Assembly: GCF_009914755.1 (NCBI RefSeq)
Contig: NC_060947.1
DNA length: 64,000 nt
Source of the DNA: the human T2T-CHM13v2.0 reference genome, Homo sapiens
Reading direction: 5' to 3' (one strand)
The notes under the pieces were generated by a model, which worked only from the letters and a program-made list of their open reading frames with translations, was not told the DNA's origin and made no database searches. The position numbers were made by a program, and so were the translations under genes. This document shows, one piece after another, positions 1 to 14,508 of this stretch. Positions within the stretch are counted from its first letter, which is position 1, and each line of letters opens with the position of its first letter.

Positions 1-373
1 GTGACCTTATTTGGAAACAGAGCTTTTACAGATAATCACATTAAATTAGGTCATTAAGGTGGGTCCTACTTCAATATGACTGGTGTCCTTATAATATTCT
101 TATAAAAAAGGCAAATTTGGACACAGACACACACCTACACAGAGAATTCCATATGAATATTGGAGTTATGTTTCCATAGGCCAAGGAATGCAAACCACTA
201 GAAACTAGGATAGAGGCATAGGACAGATTCTGCCTCACACCTCTCAAAAGGAACCAAGCCTATTAACACCTTGATTTTGGACTTCCAGCCTCCAGAACTG
301 TGAGACAATAAATTTCTGTTGTCTAAGCCACCCATTTTCTGGTACTTTGTTACAGCAGCTCTAGCAAATTAAT
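1..373 (+). mobile_element. MaLR LTR (MLT1B/C-like), cut by window start
   Basis: gtgaccttatttggaaa...atgactggtgtccttataa...ttggacttccagcctccagaactgtgagacaataaatttctgttg...ttgttacagcagc are typical MLT1 motifs. Confidence 0.85.
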
Positions 374-1790
374 AAATTTAGTTTCCAAATATTTGGATAA
401 TTTTCCAGATATCTTTCTTTACTTATTTCTCATTTAATTCCAATGTGGTCAGATGACATGCTTTGTACAATTTAAATCCTTTTAAATCTATTGTTGCTTG
501 TTTCATGGCCCAGAATATAATCTATCTTGGTAAATGTTTCATGTGCATTTTTTTGCTGTTGTTTGATGGTTTGTTCTTTAAATATCAATTAGGTCAAATT
601 GGTTGATCATGTTGCTTATGTCCTCTCTATCCTTGTGAATTTTCTGTCTTGTTCTATCAATTATTGAGAGAGAAATATTGAAATCTATTACTGTAACTGT
701 GGGTATTTATTTTTTCTTGGAGTTCTATCAATTTCTGCTTCATATATCTTGAAGCTCTGTTTTAGGTCTACAGTCATTTAGAACCATGACGTTCTCTTGA
801 TTCATTTATCCCTTTATCACGTGAAATTGGCCTGCTTATACCTGATAATATGCTTTTCTCTGAAATCTACTTTGTCTGATATTAATATAGGCACTTCAGA
901 TTTATTTTGATTAGTGTTATTATGATATATCTTTTTCATTCTTCTACAGGTATTTTTTTCTTTTTTTTTTTTGAGGGACTGATTCAGAAAGAAACTTCTA
1001 AAGATACTTTTGACTTTTGTGTATTTTTATATTCAAAGTGAATTTCTGGATGACATGGTAGCTCTGTTTTTGATGTTTTTGAGGAATTCTCTTACTGTTT
1101 TCCAGAATGGTGGTACCCATTTACATGCCCACCAAAAGTGTACAAGAGTTCCCTTTTCTCCACATCTTCACCAACACTTGTTATCTATTGTCTTTTTTGT
1201 AATAGTCATCCTAATAGGTGTGAGATCGAAAAATGTTAAACTTGTAGAAGAAGAGAGTAGAACAGTGGTTGCCAGGGGCTGAGGAGTAGGGAAAATGGGA
1301 AGATTTTGGTCAAAGGGTACAAATTTTCAGGTATAAGAGGAATAAGTTCTGGGAATCTAAGGTACAGCATGGCAATTATAGTTAATAATACTGTATTGTA
1401 TATTTGAAATTTGCTAAGAGAATAGATCTTAAGTGTCCTCACCTCCCCTCCCCATCTACACACTGGTAACTATTTGAAGTAATGGATGTGTTAATTAGAC
1501 TGTGGTAATTATTTCACAATGTATACATATGTCAAATAATCACATTGTATATCCAAATATATACATTCTTTATCAGTTATACTTCAATAAAACTGGGAAA
1601 TATTTTTTTAAATTAAGTGAGTTTCTTGTAGACAGTATATAGTTACGTCTTGATTTTTTATTCAATCTGACAATTTCTGTTTTTTAATTGGAATGTTTAC
1701 ACCATTTACATGTAATGTGATTATTTTTATGTTAAAGATTAAATGTATTTGTTTTATATTTGTTTCATTTGTTTTCTGTTGCCATTTTCC
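374..1790 (-). mobile_element. Ancient L1M fragment (ORF2 5' part/inter-ORF, antisense), interrupted at 1048-1614
   Basis: Antisense L1-like motifs (ttaattccaatgtggtcaga, gtttcttgtagacagtatatag, tttacatgtaatgtgattatt) continue on both sides of the insert. Confidence 0.7.
1048..1614 (+). mobile_element. Old L1 (L1MA/MB-type) 3' end with inverted 5' segment
   Basis: 1048-1227 is antisense ORF2 C-terminal sequence; 1228-1600 is sense 3'UTR (gagagtagaacagtggttgccagggg...ttcaataaa); flanked by aagtgaatttct (1036-1047) / aagtgagtttct (1615-1626). Confidence 0.75.
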
Positions 1791-1794
1791 CCTT

Positions 1795-2210
1795 TTCAGG
1801 AGCAAAATATTGTTATCTTACATAAAGGTTGAAATTCAAACTAAAGAGTATCTTAGTTCTGATGGAGCAAAAATAGAAATATAAATACATTATTTGAAGT
1901 TACGAAAGTAACCAAGAAAAAACTTAGAATAATAACTATCAAACATTGGATATAGTATATGGGAGATAGGTGGAGGATAGTATATAATGAGCTAATTCTC
2001 ATATTTCATAGAAGATGTTTATAAAAATTATCTTAATAAGTCAAGAATACTATTTAGAATTACAAAGATCATCATTAGAAGAACTGAAAATAGAAACAAA
2101 GAATCCCATCACGGAGTAGCACTGGATGCTTATATGGGATCATTCTTTTTATTTATAAGTTTTCTTGTACTCTTTGCCCTTTTAATATATAAATGGTTTA
2201 GCTCAATACC
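1795..2210 (+). mobile_element. Highly degraded L1ME-like 3' fragment
   Basis: A-rich with loose resemblance to ancient L1 3'UTR; weak. Confidence 0.35.
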
Positions 2211-3786
2211 TTTTAAATGAAAAACAGACATTGTAGAGAGTAGGAGGGTTAATGGACTAAGAAATATTAGTGAAAATTTCAGATAATATTAAGGGCCTTT
2301 CTTAAAATTCTTCTTTTCTACAAAAATAGGAAGGAATCCCACCTTGGGAAGCAGAGGTAGAAGGTATAATCTGAGTGTTCTCTTGAATGAACTTTCCTAA
2401 ATTGACAAAAGAAGTACCATCTAACAGAAGGATTCTCAGAATCATCCATGGATCCCAGAATAATTTCCATCAATATTTTAGCTGGAATAAACAGGTGCTC
2501 TGGTAAAACCAGGTGATATTAAACCATAGCAAGGATAACAATGAGTTTAGATCCCACTGCCAGATTCCTGGAACCCCTGTCCCAGCTAAATGCACAGGCT
2601 TGCAGTGAATGATTCATTAACCATGCAGTAATGCAATTCATCTTTTTGAATTCACTTATTTCTTTATGCTGGAAGGGAGTACCTTATTTGTTTTTCTATT
2701 CTTAATTATAACTGTGTGTCCTCTTTATACACATGTGATTTGTATTGCTTCATAAGATTTATATGCTATGCTTAATTAAATTTTTTCTCTTACTTTTACA
2801 GCCCTACTCTTCCAATTATTCCCATTATCCCACCACCAGTCAGTGTACTTTTTCCATGAGAAGTTTTGCTATTTTAGATTATAAAACACCACTATCTACC
2901 TGGTCAAGGTGTAGTCCTGATACAGGTTAAAGACATATACAGAAATAACTAGATCAGTGTCCATGCAAATCTAAATCTTAAAAACAAACAGAAATTTCAT
3001 TATGTTACCAGTCTCTGCATTATTTGTCTCAATAGATTTCAACTTTACTCTTCCCTCGTCTCTTTCACTTTATGAGTATCTGAGTAGTATATAAGGTAAC
3101 CATAGTTACTGGAATAAAACTCCTTTCATGTGTGAAGGCAGAAGCTGTATATGTTTGAAGTGTTATTCATACCTCTATATTTTAAGATTGTTTAACAAAT
3201 TGGACTTGTCTCTACCTTTCTGCTTCACATGAATTTCGTCATTATTTGAAAGGCATGTACTTCATCTGAAATACCTGCTGGTTCAATATTTGTAACACTT
3301 CCTTAATATCATATATAGAGGAAATTCTCCTCCTGCCTTATTGCCTGATGTTTTCCCCTCCATGGAACTCATTTCCAAGTAAATAGCCTAAGAAGTGGTT
3401 TTATGAGCATTAAACAAGTAATTCTTTGGTACATTAATTTTGAAAGCATGGGATGACAACAAGTATGGAGAAAGAACAAATCTCAAGGTTGACATTTCTA
3501 TTCTAGGGAAAAGAAGGCATCTGTAGATTCTCTAAAGCAGGAAAATACATTCATTTAATAATAATATAAATAAAAATATAAAGATTATTGAATGTCAGTA
3601 TATTATGCAAAGGACATAAATGTTCTCACTTTTAAACAACAGCCTCATAAAGATTTTATCATTACAATTAAACATCTCAACTAATAAATCCCACAGGCTA
3701 GAGCCTGAGTCTAAAAATCATCCCACTCCCCAACATTACATCACTTACTGCCCTGATTTTTAAAAATAGTTACTAAATACCAATCT

Positions 3787-3935
3787 AAAAACTGATTTTT
3801 TAATTAAAGATTTTTAAATAGAGATTGGGTCTTTCTGTGTTGCTCAGGCTGATCTCAAACTCCTGGCTTCAAGTAATCCTCCCACCTCAGCCTCCCAAAG
3901 TGCTGAGATTACAGGCGTGAGCCACTATGACCAGC
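3787..3935 (-). mobile_element. Alu monomer (FLAM_C-like)
   Basis: Antisense left-arm sequence (ctcaaactcctgg...cctcccaaagtgctgagattacaggcgtgagcc); TSD tactaaatac/tcaat at 3771 and 3937. Confidence 0.9.
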
Positions 3936-4269
3936 GTACTAAATATCAATTTTTATATGAGGTACCTTATAGGGCACTAGAATTTAATAAAAAAAACTTA
4001 GTTCTGAGAGATTTGATCTATTATCTCACTATGTTATAGTAGACTTTTGCCTTACAATGATTTGGTTTTATTTTCCTGTTTCTGAAATCTGGGTAGAAAT
4101 TGTAAAAAATGGCCACTATTGGTCTTGATCTTGTTTATCTCCTATTCTCATTCTAAACTACTCAATTTGGTTTGTCGTCATTTTGATGGAGGTGGTATAT
4201 CTAAGAATAATCAATTAATATGTAGTACTTGGTAAGCAGTGATTATTGACAAGTTGGCAGGATTTTGCC

Positions 4270-4645
<376 letters not shown>

Positions 4646-4699
4646 CATTATACAATTCTCTCTTTTTAAGAATTCAAGGAAACATGAAATAATAGTGTC

Positions 4700-4830
4700 C
4701 CAGCTCTTCCTAAACTAACTGAGTAAACTTCAGTGTGATCTCAATTTCCTCACTTACAAAAGATAGATAACAAAACCAAACTTACTGGGTTTTGTGAGAC
4801 TCTGGGGAGAACACATGGGTAAGAGAACTT
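4700..4830 (+). mobile_element. MIR fragment
   Basis: ctcaatttcctcacttacaaaag...gttttgtgag core-like motif. Confidence 0.5.
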
Positions 4831-4914
4831 TGGAAATTAAAATGCCCTTCATAAATGTCTGTTGTTATAATTGCTGCTAAATTTGGAAATGCATTTCCTC
4901 AATTTTATTGTTTT

Positions 4915-5055
4915 ATTTGATCATTTCTTTGTATCGCTATGGATGCATGCCTATTTGTTTCATACTTTGGATTATAATTCGATACTACTTTATTTATTTT
5001 GTTGCTCAAGTTGTTTCTGCTTTGGCCACTGGGAACATGTTCAGATTGGCTTCTG
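4915..5055 (-). mobile_element. L1MC4-like 3'UTR fragment
   Basis: atggatgcatg...ttataattcgatactactttatt...tttggccactgggaacatgttcag; homologous to 6185-6300. Confidence 0.6.
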
Positions 5056-5119
5056 AAATTCCAAGAATTTCACTGTGCTTTGGAAAAAGAAAAAAAAAAT
5101 ATGTGGATGGTGGTACCTG

Positions 5120-5480
5120 CAAATAGAGGGAAAGCACTGGGCTGGGAACCAGGAGCCCTCAGTTCTAGTCTCAGTTCTGAACCAACCAACTTTATGACTT
5201 TGAGCCAATCACTTAACCTTTCTGAACCCAAATACTTAATGCACTGTAGCTTAGTAGTTATGTGCAAGACATAAAGCCAACCACCTCTGCTCATAGGCAG
5301 GTTTTTCTTCATATTAGCTATGCTAACTTGGGCAAATCAATTAACCTCTCTGTGCCTCAGTATCCTCCTCTAGAAAATGGGATAAAATAGTAACTACCTC
5401 ATAGAGTTGTTGTAAGGATTATTTGAGTTATATGATACTATACCTAATCTATTATGGACTGTGCCCAGCAGATTGCGAGT
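5120..5480 (+). mobile_element. Two MIR fragments
   Basis: tgactttgagccaatcacttaacctttctgaacc; ttgggcaaatcaattaacctctctgtgcctcagt...ctacctcatagagttgttgtaaggatt. Confidence 0.8.
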
Positions 5481-5679
5481 ATTGAATGATATGGTAAAAT
5501 AAGGACAATAAAATCTGTGCTACTTTACATCTGGGAGCACTGCGACATATGGGAAAGAGTTTGAAGAAGAATGGAATACTCCATCAAAGTATCGTTGCTG
5601 TTATAATGATGAGTAATAAACAATAACACAGTATTCTATGGCTACATTTCATTTTTCTTCAGATTGCACTCCCTTCCCT

Positions 5680-6460
5680 TTTTTTTTAAACTATTAACTA
5701 AACTGCAGACTTTATTTGGATTTCACCAATTTTTTCACTAAAGCTCTTTTTGTATTCCAGAGTCCTATTCATTCTATCATATTGCATTTAGTTTTCATGT
5801 TTCATAGGATTACTGGTCTGTGACATTTTCTCAGACTTTCCCTGATCTTGTTAGTTTTGAAGACAACTGGTCAGGTATTATGTAAAATCATCCTCAATTT
5901 GGGTTTGTCTGATGTTTTCTCATGATTTGTAGCGGAGATATAGATTTTAGAGAAAGAAAACCATAGGGGAAGTAGCTTTCACACCACATCACATCACATC
6001 AGGGGATACATGATATCTACATGACTTATCATTGGTAATGTTAACCTTAATAATGTGGATAGGGTGCTGTCTGCCAGGTTTTCTCCACTATAAAGTTACT
6101 ACTTTGATTCCCTAAAACTACTTCATACTAGGGATAGAGGGGAATTAAACTCCACCTCCTGGAAGGAGATATCTAAATATTATATCAATATGGATGCATG
6201 ACTATTTATTTTATAATTTGGGTTATAATCCAATACTACTTTATTTTTTTACTCAAATTTTCCCAGTTTTGGTCACTGGGAGCATGTTCAGGTTAGCTCC
6301 TGTGTTTCTTTGTCACATCCTTATCCTTTTGTTTTCTGAGTACTTCCTTGCTTTCTGGCACTATACAGTGCTCCAGGCTCATCTTGTCTCATCCTGTCTT
6401 CCCTGCTGTAGCCCTAGAATAAGTAATTTCTCCATGAGGCCCTTGTGTCTTTAATGTAAA
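5680..6460 (-). mobile_element. L1MC4-like 3' region
   Basis: ctattaactaaactgcagactttatttggatttcacc...ctggtcaggtatt...tctgccaggttttctccactataaagttact. Confidence 0.75.
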
Positions 6461-6489
6461 ATGGTAGATTTCTGACTGTTAACATGGTG

Positions 6490-6670
6490 GGAACAATATG
6501 AGAGCTGAGGTCTAGGTTTGATTCCTGACTCCCTGCACATAGCAACTGTGTAGCTGGAGACAAGTTCCCTCATTGTATAATAACATGGGGATAAGGAAAT
6601 AGGGCACCTCATAGCACTTAGCACAGTGCCTGGCACACAAGGAGCAGCAAATAAATTTCAGCATCTTAAT
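6490..6670 (+). mobile_element. MIR fragment
   Basis: ggtttgattcctgactcc...gcacttagcacagtgcctggcaca. Confidence 0.65.
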
Positions 6671-7255
6671 GAATAATTAGCTTAGAACTCTGTCAAAAAG
6701 GCCTTAGAAATGTATTTCTTTGACTCTGCTTGCCACATTTGTCATTCTCTTCTTTTTAGCCTCAGAAATCTCTTTGCCAGAATGAATTCTAGCCTCCTCG
6801 GGACATTTGCTTTTGCAATTAATCCCCTCTTTTTTTCTTCATAATGTTTTTTCTTTTCTTCTATCAAAGGTTAACATATATTTTCTGTGCCATTCACTGA
6901 CTCTTTCCTCTGACTCGTCCAATTGTCTCATTTTTCTCTTTGCTATGCTTTTAGAAAGAGGTGCATAAATCAGCTGTCTCAGTTACTACTTTTTAAGATT
7001 TTACTACAACTAATACATTAATTATTATAAGACATGTAATATAAATATTCATTATAAATAAATGAATACTATTTAAATTTTTCTAATAGCTACCAAAAAA
7101 TCTTATTTTGATCTTTTCTATTCTGGTAAAAATATGCTCTTGAAGGTATCAATGGCATCTTTAACCACCAAATGCAATAGCTACTTTTGTGTTCTCTATG
7201 GACATTTGTTACTACTCACTTTGGTACTCTTAAATTTTTTCATGCTCAGAGACCA

Positions 7256-7610
7256 TGTGTGGTAGATTAGATTATTGTTTAGCAAATATTCACCTCCCCT
7301 GCCCCCTACCCTACTTCTATAGGAGAAATAGTATTCTCCTCATCTCCTTATTGATGTTGGATTTGGCCAATGATGAGTAGGCAGAAGTGACAGAGAATTA
7401 GTTCAAAGGCTAAACCTTAAGAGATCTTTAGTGCTTCCCTCCACCCCTCTGGGAATCTCTAATGCCTGCCATGAGGAAAATGTGGCCACATAGCTACTGT
7501 CCCTGAGCTGGGGAGTGAGGCCTGTGTTACAGAGCTACTCCAGCCACTCTGCAGCTACTCAGATCTACAGCCTGAAACAGAGTGGCCCTGGAAACTGTAC
7601 ACCCTTGATT
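7256..7610 (+). mobile_element. Old MaLR LTR (MLT1I/J-like)
   Basis: tgtgtggtagatt start; tttggccaatga...gcagaagtgaca; cctgccatgag. Confidence 0.6.
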
Positions 7611-9828
7611 GTGGGATTTGAAGATTGGCTCAATTGATGGGCCTTCCAACTTTGAGCATCTGTGTCTTTTTGAACAAGAGCTTTTTATTGCCATGGGAGT
7701 CCAACCTGCCCATGCTGATGCAAGCCAGAAATGCTGGGAAATTTACATCCCTGAGAGTAACCCTAAACCAATGACTGACAGAGATTTCTATATAATATTC
7801 AGTTTCCTTACCCCTTGGGCAGGATAATTCTAAGACACACATTCTATACTGGCTTTTGTAGATTCCCAGTAAATTGAGGTCTAACTTCCCTAAGGGTAAC
7901 TTGATTGCCAATTCACTATTAAAGCTGTCTTCCCTTCACTGTCGGTCTTCCCTACTCCTTTTCTGGCATTTCTTATTTAAGAGCTTGCTTGTGGGGAACC
8001 ATAATAGTATAGCGAATGGATTTGATTCATCCTGATGCAATGCTACCCAAGATAGCTTCCCATCATTCCAGGTATCCCCAAGAACAAAAAACTCTAGCAG
8101 CTGAGGGGAAGTTAGAAAGGGCTGTTACTGAAACTCTCAGCCTCTTCAGAGTTGTGGACAGAAGAAAAAAACCCCTGAAGTACCCCATCTCCAAAAGCTT
8201 ATACCCTCAAACCCTCACTCCACCAGAAATCCAGCATTTGGCTCATTTGGATGGCGGCCATATGGGTATCAACAATGAGACAGTGTTAGCCAGCAACACT
8301 ATGATAGCCAAAGGGGATGAAAATAACCACTTTAAATAAAGAGGCACTTGTTTTTTCCCCTATCTCTCCTCTATGCCTCTGTCAGTAGTCCTAGAAGTGG
8401 AATTTTAAAAAACCATGTCTCACAGCTGATTAAGCTCCTCTCCAATAGCTTAAGTTGTCTCAGTTTAAGCTTGTTTTGGGGGCAGTGACAAGGTAAGTTA
8501 TAAATCGAATCTGAGATTAAAGCTTTAACCTGGACTGCTCTTGAAGTAACTGAAAGCCACCAGAAATTAATGGCATCTTTCAGGATATCCATTAAGTGAT
8601 TCACTATTTGCCAGGGAAGAGAGATATGACAGCACATGGTTGAAAGTAGTGATGGGAGAAAGAATAAATCGAGTCATATTTATACTCTTCTTCTCAATAA
8701 ACCAGTTATGGAAGTGACTTCAGAGATGAATAAAACTCAAGTGCTTGTGTTAGAATGGTTCTAACCTCAAGAAAAAAATGTTTGGCAGAAGCTTATCTAA
8801 TAATATTGAAGCATAAATCCAGCTCATGTCTCCCCATACACTGTCCCAGAGTGAAAGTCAAAATGCTTATCTGTAAGGATGCTCACCATTACATTGGAAA
8901 TTTCTCTGATGAAAGCGCTGTGCCAAGGAAAACTGTTTGTGGTATAGAGAAACAGTTACTACAAAATCCTCAATATTTTATTGTTGAATTATTTCAACTC
9001 TTGAAGGTCAAGAACAAAATCCTCTTGGAAAAACAAGATGAGAGAGTGTCTGTATAGCTGTTCAGAGTTCTTAACCCCATGTAATCATATTAAGTCAAGA
9101 GAGCTTAGAATTACAGGGTTTAGTTGATTTAACATTCCCACTGTCCTTAGAAGGAGAGAGGTATAATGGAGGGATTGAAGGGGATAGACTTACCATATTC
9201 TACAATGTGAGAGTTTCACAAAGGTCTTTCACAAAATAAGATAGTTTTTGGAAAACAAAAAGAACAGTAGGAGAGAAAGTGCTTCCAAAAGGATATTAGT
9301 CATACTGACATACAGCATAAAATGTTTTACAGCTGGAAAAGACCTTAACATGATCTAATCTAACTGTCTATATTTTACACATCTAGAAGCATCAGCTCTT
9401 GATTCCAAGGCTATCACTTTTATTATCCACCGCACCGTTATTTCAGAAAAAAATACATTTTTAGAATTGCAGCCTTATGATCAGGGTAACCAGCAACCCT
9501 CTGCCTTTAGGTCATTAGGAAAAATTAGGACAATGACATGGGTATAGACGGATCTGTTTCTTTTGCACAACCAGATTGCATGGACATTTCATCTCCTAAA
9601 GATAGAAAATATCACATTGCTTTATAGATCACACTCTATAACAATCTTTATACTACCTGAAGGAAGAAGAAGAAAGTGAGGGTTTTAAAGAAATGGCTTA
9701 TTGTTGTATCTTCTGGATATGTAGAGGATGGAGGTAGATACTTTCTAGAATCCTGGAGAGAAGAGGTAATGGAAGTATTTAGACTGGAGTTTGTCTCAAT
9801 TTTTAAATCTATGTATGTGCCCATGTAT

Positions 9829-9832
<4 letters not shown>

Positions 9833-9870
<38 letters not shown>
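9833..9870. repeat. (TG)19 microsatellite
   Basis: Uninterrupted TG dinucleotide run. Confidence 0.98.
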
Positions 9871-9872
<2 letters not shown>

Positions 9873-9879
9873 TGCCTAA

Positions 9880-11322
<1,443 letters not shown>

Positions 11323-12879
11323 GTATCATTTTTTATCTGTTTCCCTGTAGTGATATTAGCAAGCTGTCCTTAAATTAGGATGCATTCTGGGCTTGCCTCT
11401 AGATAAAATGACTATAAATTAATAGATATTTTTAAATCACACAAAACTCAAGGAAAAAAATAATAATCAAAATATGTTTAGCCACAGAGCTGTATTTTGG
11501 GAGAGTATAAATAATAGAAATCTTCAAAATGGAAAATGTGATAAAAGGTAAAAAAAAAAAAAAGAAAATAGGTGGAACAAGGTCATAGATCCCACAGAAA
11601 TAAAAGAGGGGAATAGGAGGGAAGGCAGTCAGGGATTGAAAAATCCTCTTGGGGTCTTAGCCATCAGAAGGTGATGTTTGGAGGATGTCTGGTTCTTCTC
11701 TCTGAGGCCTCCAAATGCTTTGCCTCTTTTTGGTGATGCTCATCCCTTATTTTAAAATTCTGGCCCTATTTCCAAAGCCTTATTTATTGGCTTTGAAATA
11801 AGAGCATATTTCTTATTTTATGACACTTACTGGAGAATGTGCACCTCAGTGAATGATGGTCTCTTTTTCTCCAGCCTTTGGATTTTGTAAGCATGCCCAG
11901 AAGCTCATGTGTGAGGTTGCTGGCTAATAAATATGATAAACACCATTTTTCCATTTTCAAAATCAGGCATATTGATTACACAAATCTTTAAAAGTATTTT
12001 TGATGGGCAAAACTGTTTCCAAGTAAAATTAGTCATTATTCTGCAGCCCCTTTTTATGGACACAGAAAATACATCAAGCCCTGTGGGGATACAGAGTGTG
12101 AGGCACAGACTTTCAGCTGCTTTGCAAGCAACCTGATTTTGCAGGAATTTGAAGTTTAAGAGAAAGCTATCTTTAGAAGCACTGGAAAGCTAAAGAATAT
12201 TTTACATTCAGACATGGCTCAAGAAAAAAAGTGAAAATCATTATGGTATTTAAAATTCTCATTTATTGTAGAGGAATCTAAACCAGAATTTTCTAAATAA
12301 TAGACATGCCTCTCAAATTGAGAAGTTATTTCCCACCTGCTAAAAGAGTAACTGGAAATTGTGTAAGAAGTATAAGTTTTAAAGTGGTTATGTAAATATA
12401 CTCAAGATCAAGAATAGTTGCATCTGGGAAATAAGAACATTATGAATAAGGGATGTTCACACTGTTATTACAAACAAACTAAGTACAGTAAAATTCTAAG
12501 AAAGGGGCATTAACATATACACTCTCAAGAGTAAATCAGCCAGAGTGAAAAAATAAAAAATTGGAGAACAATCTTTGGCACAATTTCTCCCCATTGAAAT
12601 AAGCCCAGAACTGAATGAGATCTTTGAGGAAAAGGAGATGGCCCTCAAAGAAAATGTGAATTTATCACTGTTACTTGCAGATGATATTTTTATGTCAGTT
12701 TCCATATCATACATTCTCACTGTTGCTATATCGGACACTGGATGACACACTGGAACTCACAGGGTATATGAGCCTTTAGGAGAAAGCTGAAATGAAAATG
12801 ATGAATAATTGATGACCTTTTGCTATTGCAGGTGGCATAAATTACATTATTTTTAGGAAGGCACAGAAATGTTGTGGGA

Positions 12880-13290
12880 TATGTTTTATCTGTCAAAAAT
12901 CTTTCAGTTAAAAGTCACAAGAACCCAACTCAAAATAATTTAAGAAGATAAACCCCCAAATAAACAGAAGGTACAGTAGGTGAGGTTATGAAGAAGTTAG
13001 GGTTGTATTTAATGAAATCCAGGACTTCAAGTGTTGTCATCTATATTCTGTATATTTCTCAATCTCTTGAAAGCTCTTTACATGTATAGGCCAAGATGAC
13101 ACCAGAAAGTTGAGACTCATGTTCTGTTAGCTTAGTAATCATCTCAGGAATGAGAAGTAGTTTTCCCCATCATCTAAGAAGGATACTTATTAATCTGGCT
13201 CAGAATAATATGCTCATGCCTGAATTAATAATTCATCCAGGGGGATGAGAGACTCTGATTGGACAGAGCTTCCAGTTATATATTTAATCC
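12880..13290 (-). mobile_element. Old MaLR LTR (MLT1J/K-like)
   Basis: ctttcagtt...cacaagaacccaactcaaa...ctctgattggacagagc. Confidence 0.55.
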
Positions 13291-13395
13291 CACATTCTTA
13301 AATATAAGCAGACACCAAGTATTACCAGGCATCTGAGGAAAGCATATAATAAACAATATTGATACCAAAAACAACCTACCAGAAGAAAAGCAAGT

Positions 13396-13831
13396 TAGAC
13401 TGGATTAAGAAAATGTGGCACATATACACCATGGAATACTATGCAGCCGTAAAAAATGATGAGTTCATGTCCTTTGTAGGGACATGGATGAAATTGGAAA
13501 CCATCATTCTCAGCAAACATCGCAAGGACAAAAAACCAAACACTGCATGCTCTCACACATAGGTGGGAATTGAACAATTGAACTTGGACACAGGAAGGGG
13601 AACATCACACACCGGGGCCTGTTGTGGGGTGGGGGGAGGGGGGAGGGATAGCATTAGCAGATATACCTAATGTAAATGACGAGTTAATGGGTGCAGCACA
13701 CCAACATGGCACATGTATACATATGTAACAAACCTGCACGTTGTTCACATGTACCCTAGAACTTAAAGTATAATAAAATATATATATATATAATAAAAAA
13801 TAAAGTAGATGTAAACAAGGTAAAAAAAAAA
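13396..13831 (+). mobile_element. L1PA4/5-like 3' end, 5'-truncated
   Basis: gactggattaagaaaatgtggcac...taatgtaaatgacgagttaatggg...acttaaagtataat; perfect 17-bp TSD aagaaaagcaagttaga at 13383-13399 and 13832-13848. Confidence 0.95.
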
Positions 13832-14508
13832 AAGAAAAGCAAGTTAGAGATTATAGTGACTATGCAGGGATAGTACAAAAAACCCTTAAAATCTATCACT
13901 AATATCATCAAAGAAGATACTACAAACATAAAAGGAGAACATGATATTATAAAAAGGAACATTCAGAAGATAAATACACCCTTAAAAACTAAAAAAATTA
14001 TAACATGAATGAAAACCTCAATAATTGTATTGAGGGATAGATTTCAAGAACTCTTCCAGGAAGTAACTTTTTTCAAAAGAGATATAAAAATAAGACAGCA
14101 AAGAAAACTAAAGGACCAGCCCAGCAGGTCCACAATCCAAATTATAGGAGTTGTAAAAAGACAGAAAAGAACAGAAAGGCAAAAATCACCAATAAAACAA
14201 TTCAAGAAAGTGTTCAGAATCATAGGATATGTGTTTCCAAATTGGAAAAAAATCTCTCACAGAGCAAATAGGAAAATAGATTAAATAAACATACAAGGAC
14301 TCTTCAACAAGAAATTCAGGATTATGGGTATAAAAAGATCCTATATACAAATACAAATTGATTGAGGGAGGGAGAGACGGAGGGAGAGAGGGAGAGAGAA
14401 TGAGCATGTCACATACTAATAATCAGGAATTAAAATAATTTAACACTTCTCAATAGCATTACTGTAAGCTAGAAGACAATGGAATAATGCTTTAAAAATG
14501 ATTTCCAA

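Noticed and set aside
8016-8339. 107-aa ATG-initiated ORF in apparently unique DNA, containing a YY1-like gatggcggc
   Set aside because: No recognisable protein motif; length is within chance expectation for 64 kb; a single short motif is not evidence.
12560-12745. Open plus-strand frame with LSLLLADDIF, resembling the L1 RT FADD motif or an exon
   Set aside because: Only ~40 bp of loose similarity, no other RT motifs and no convincing splice-site pair.
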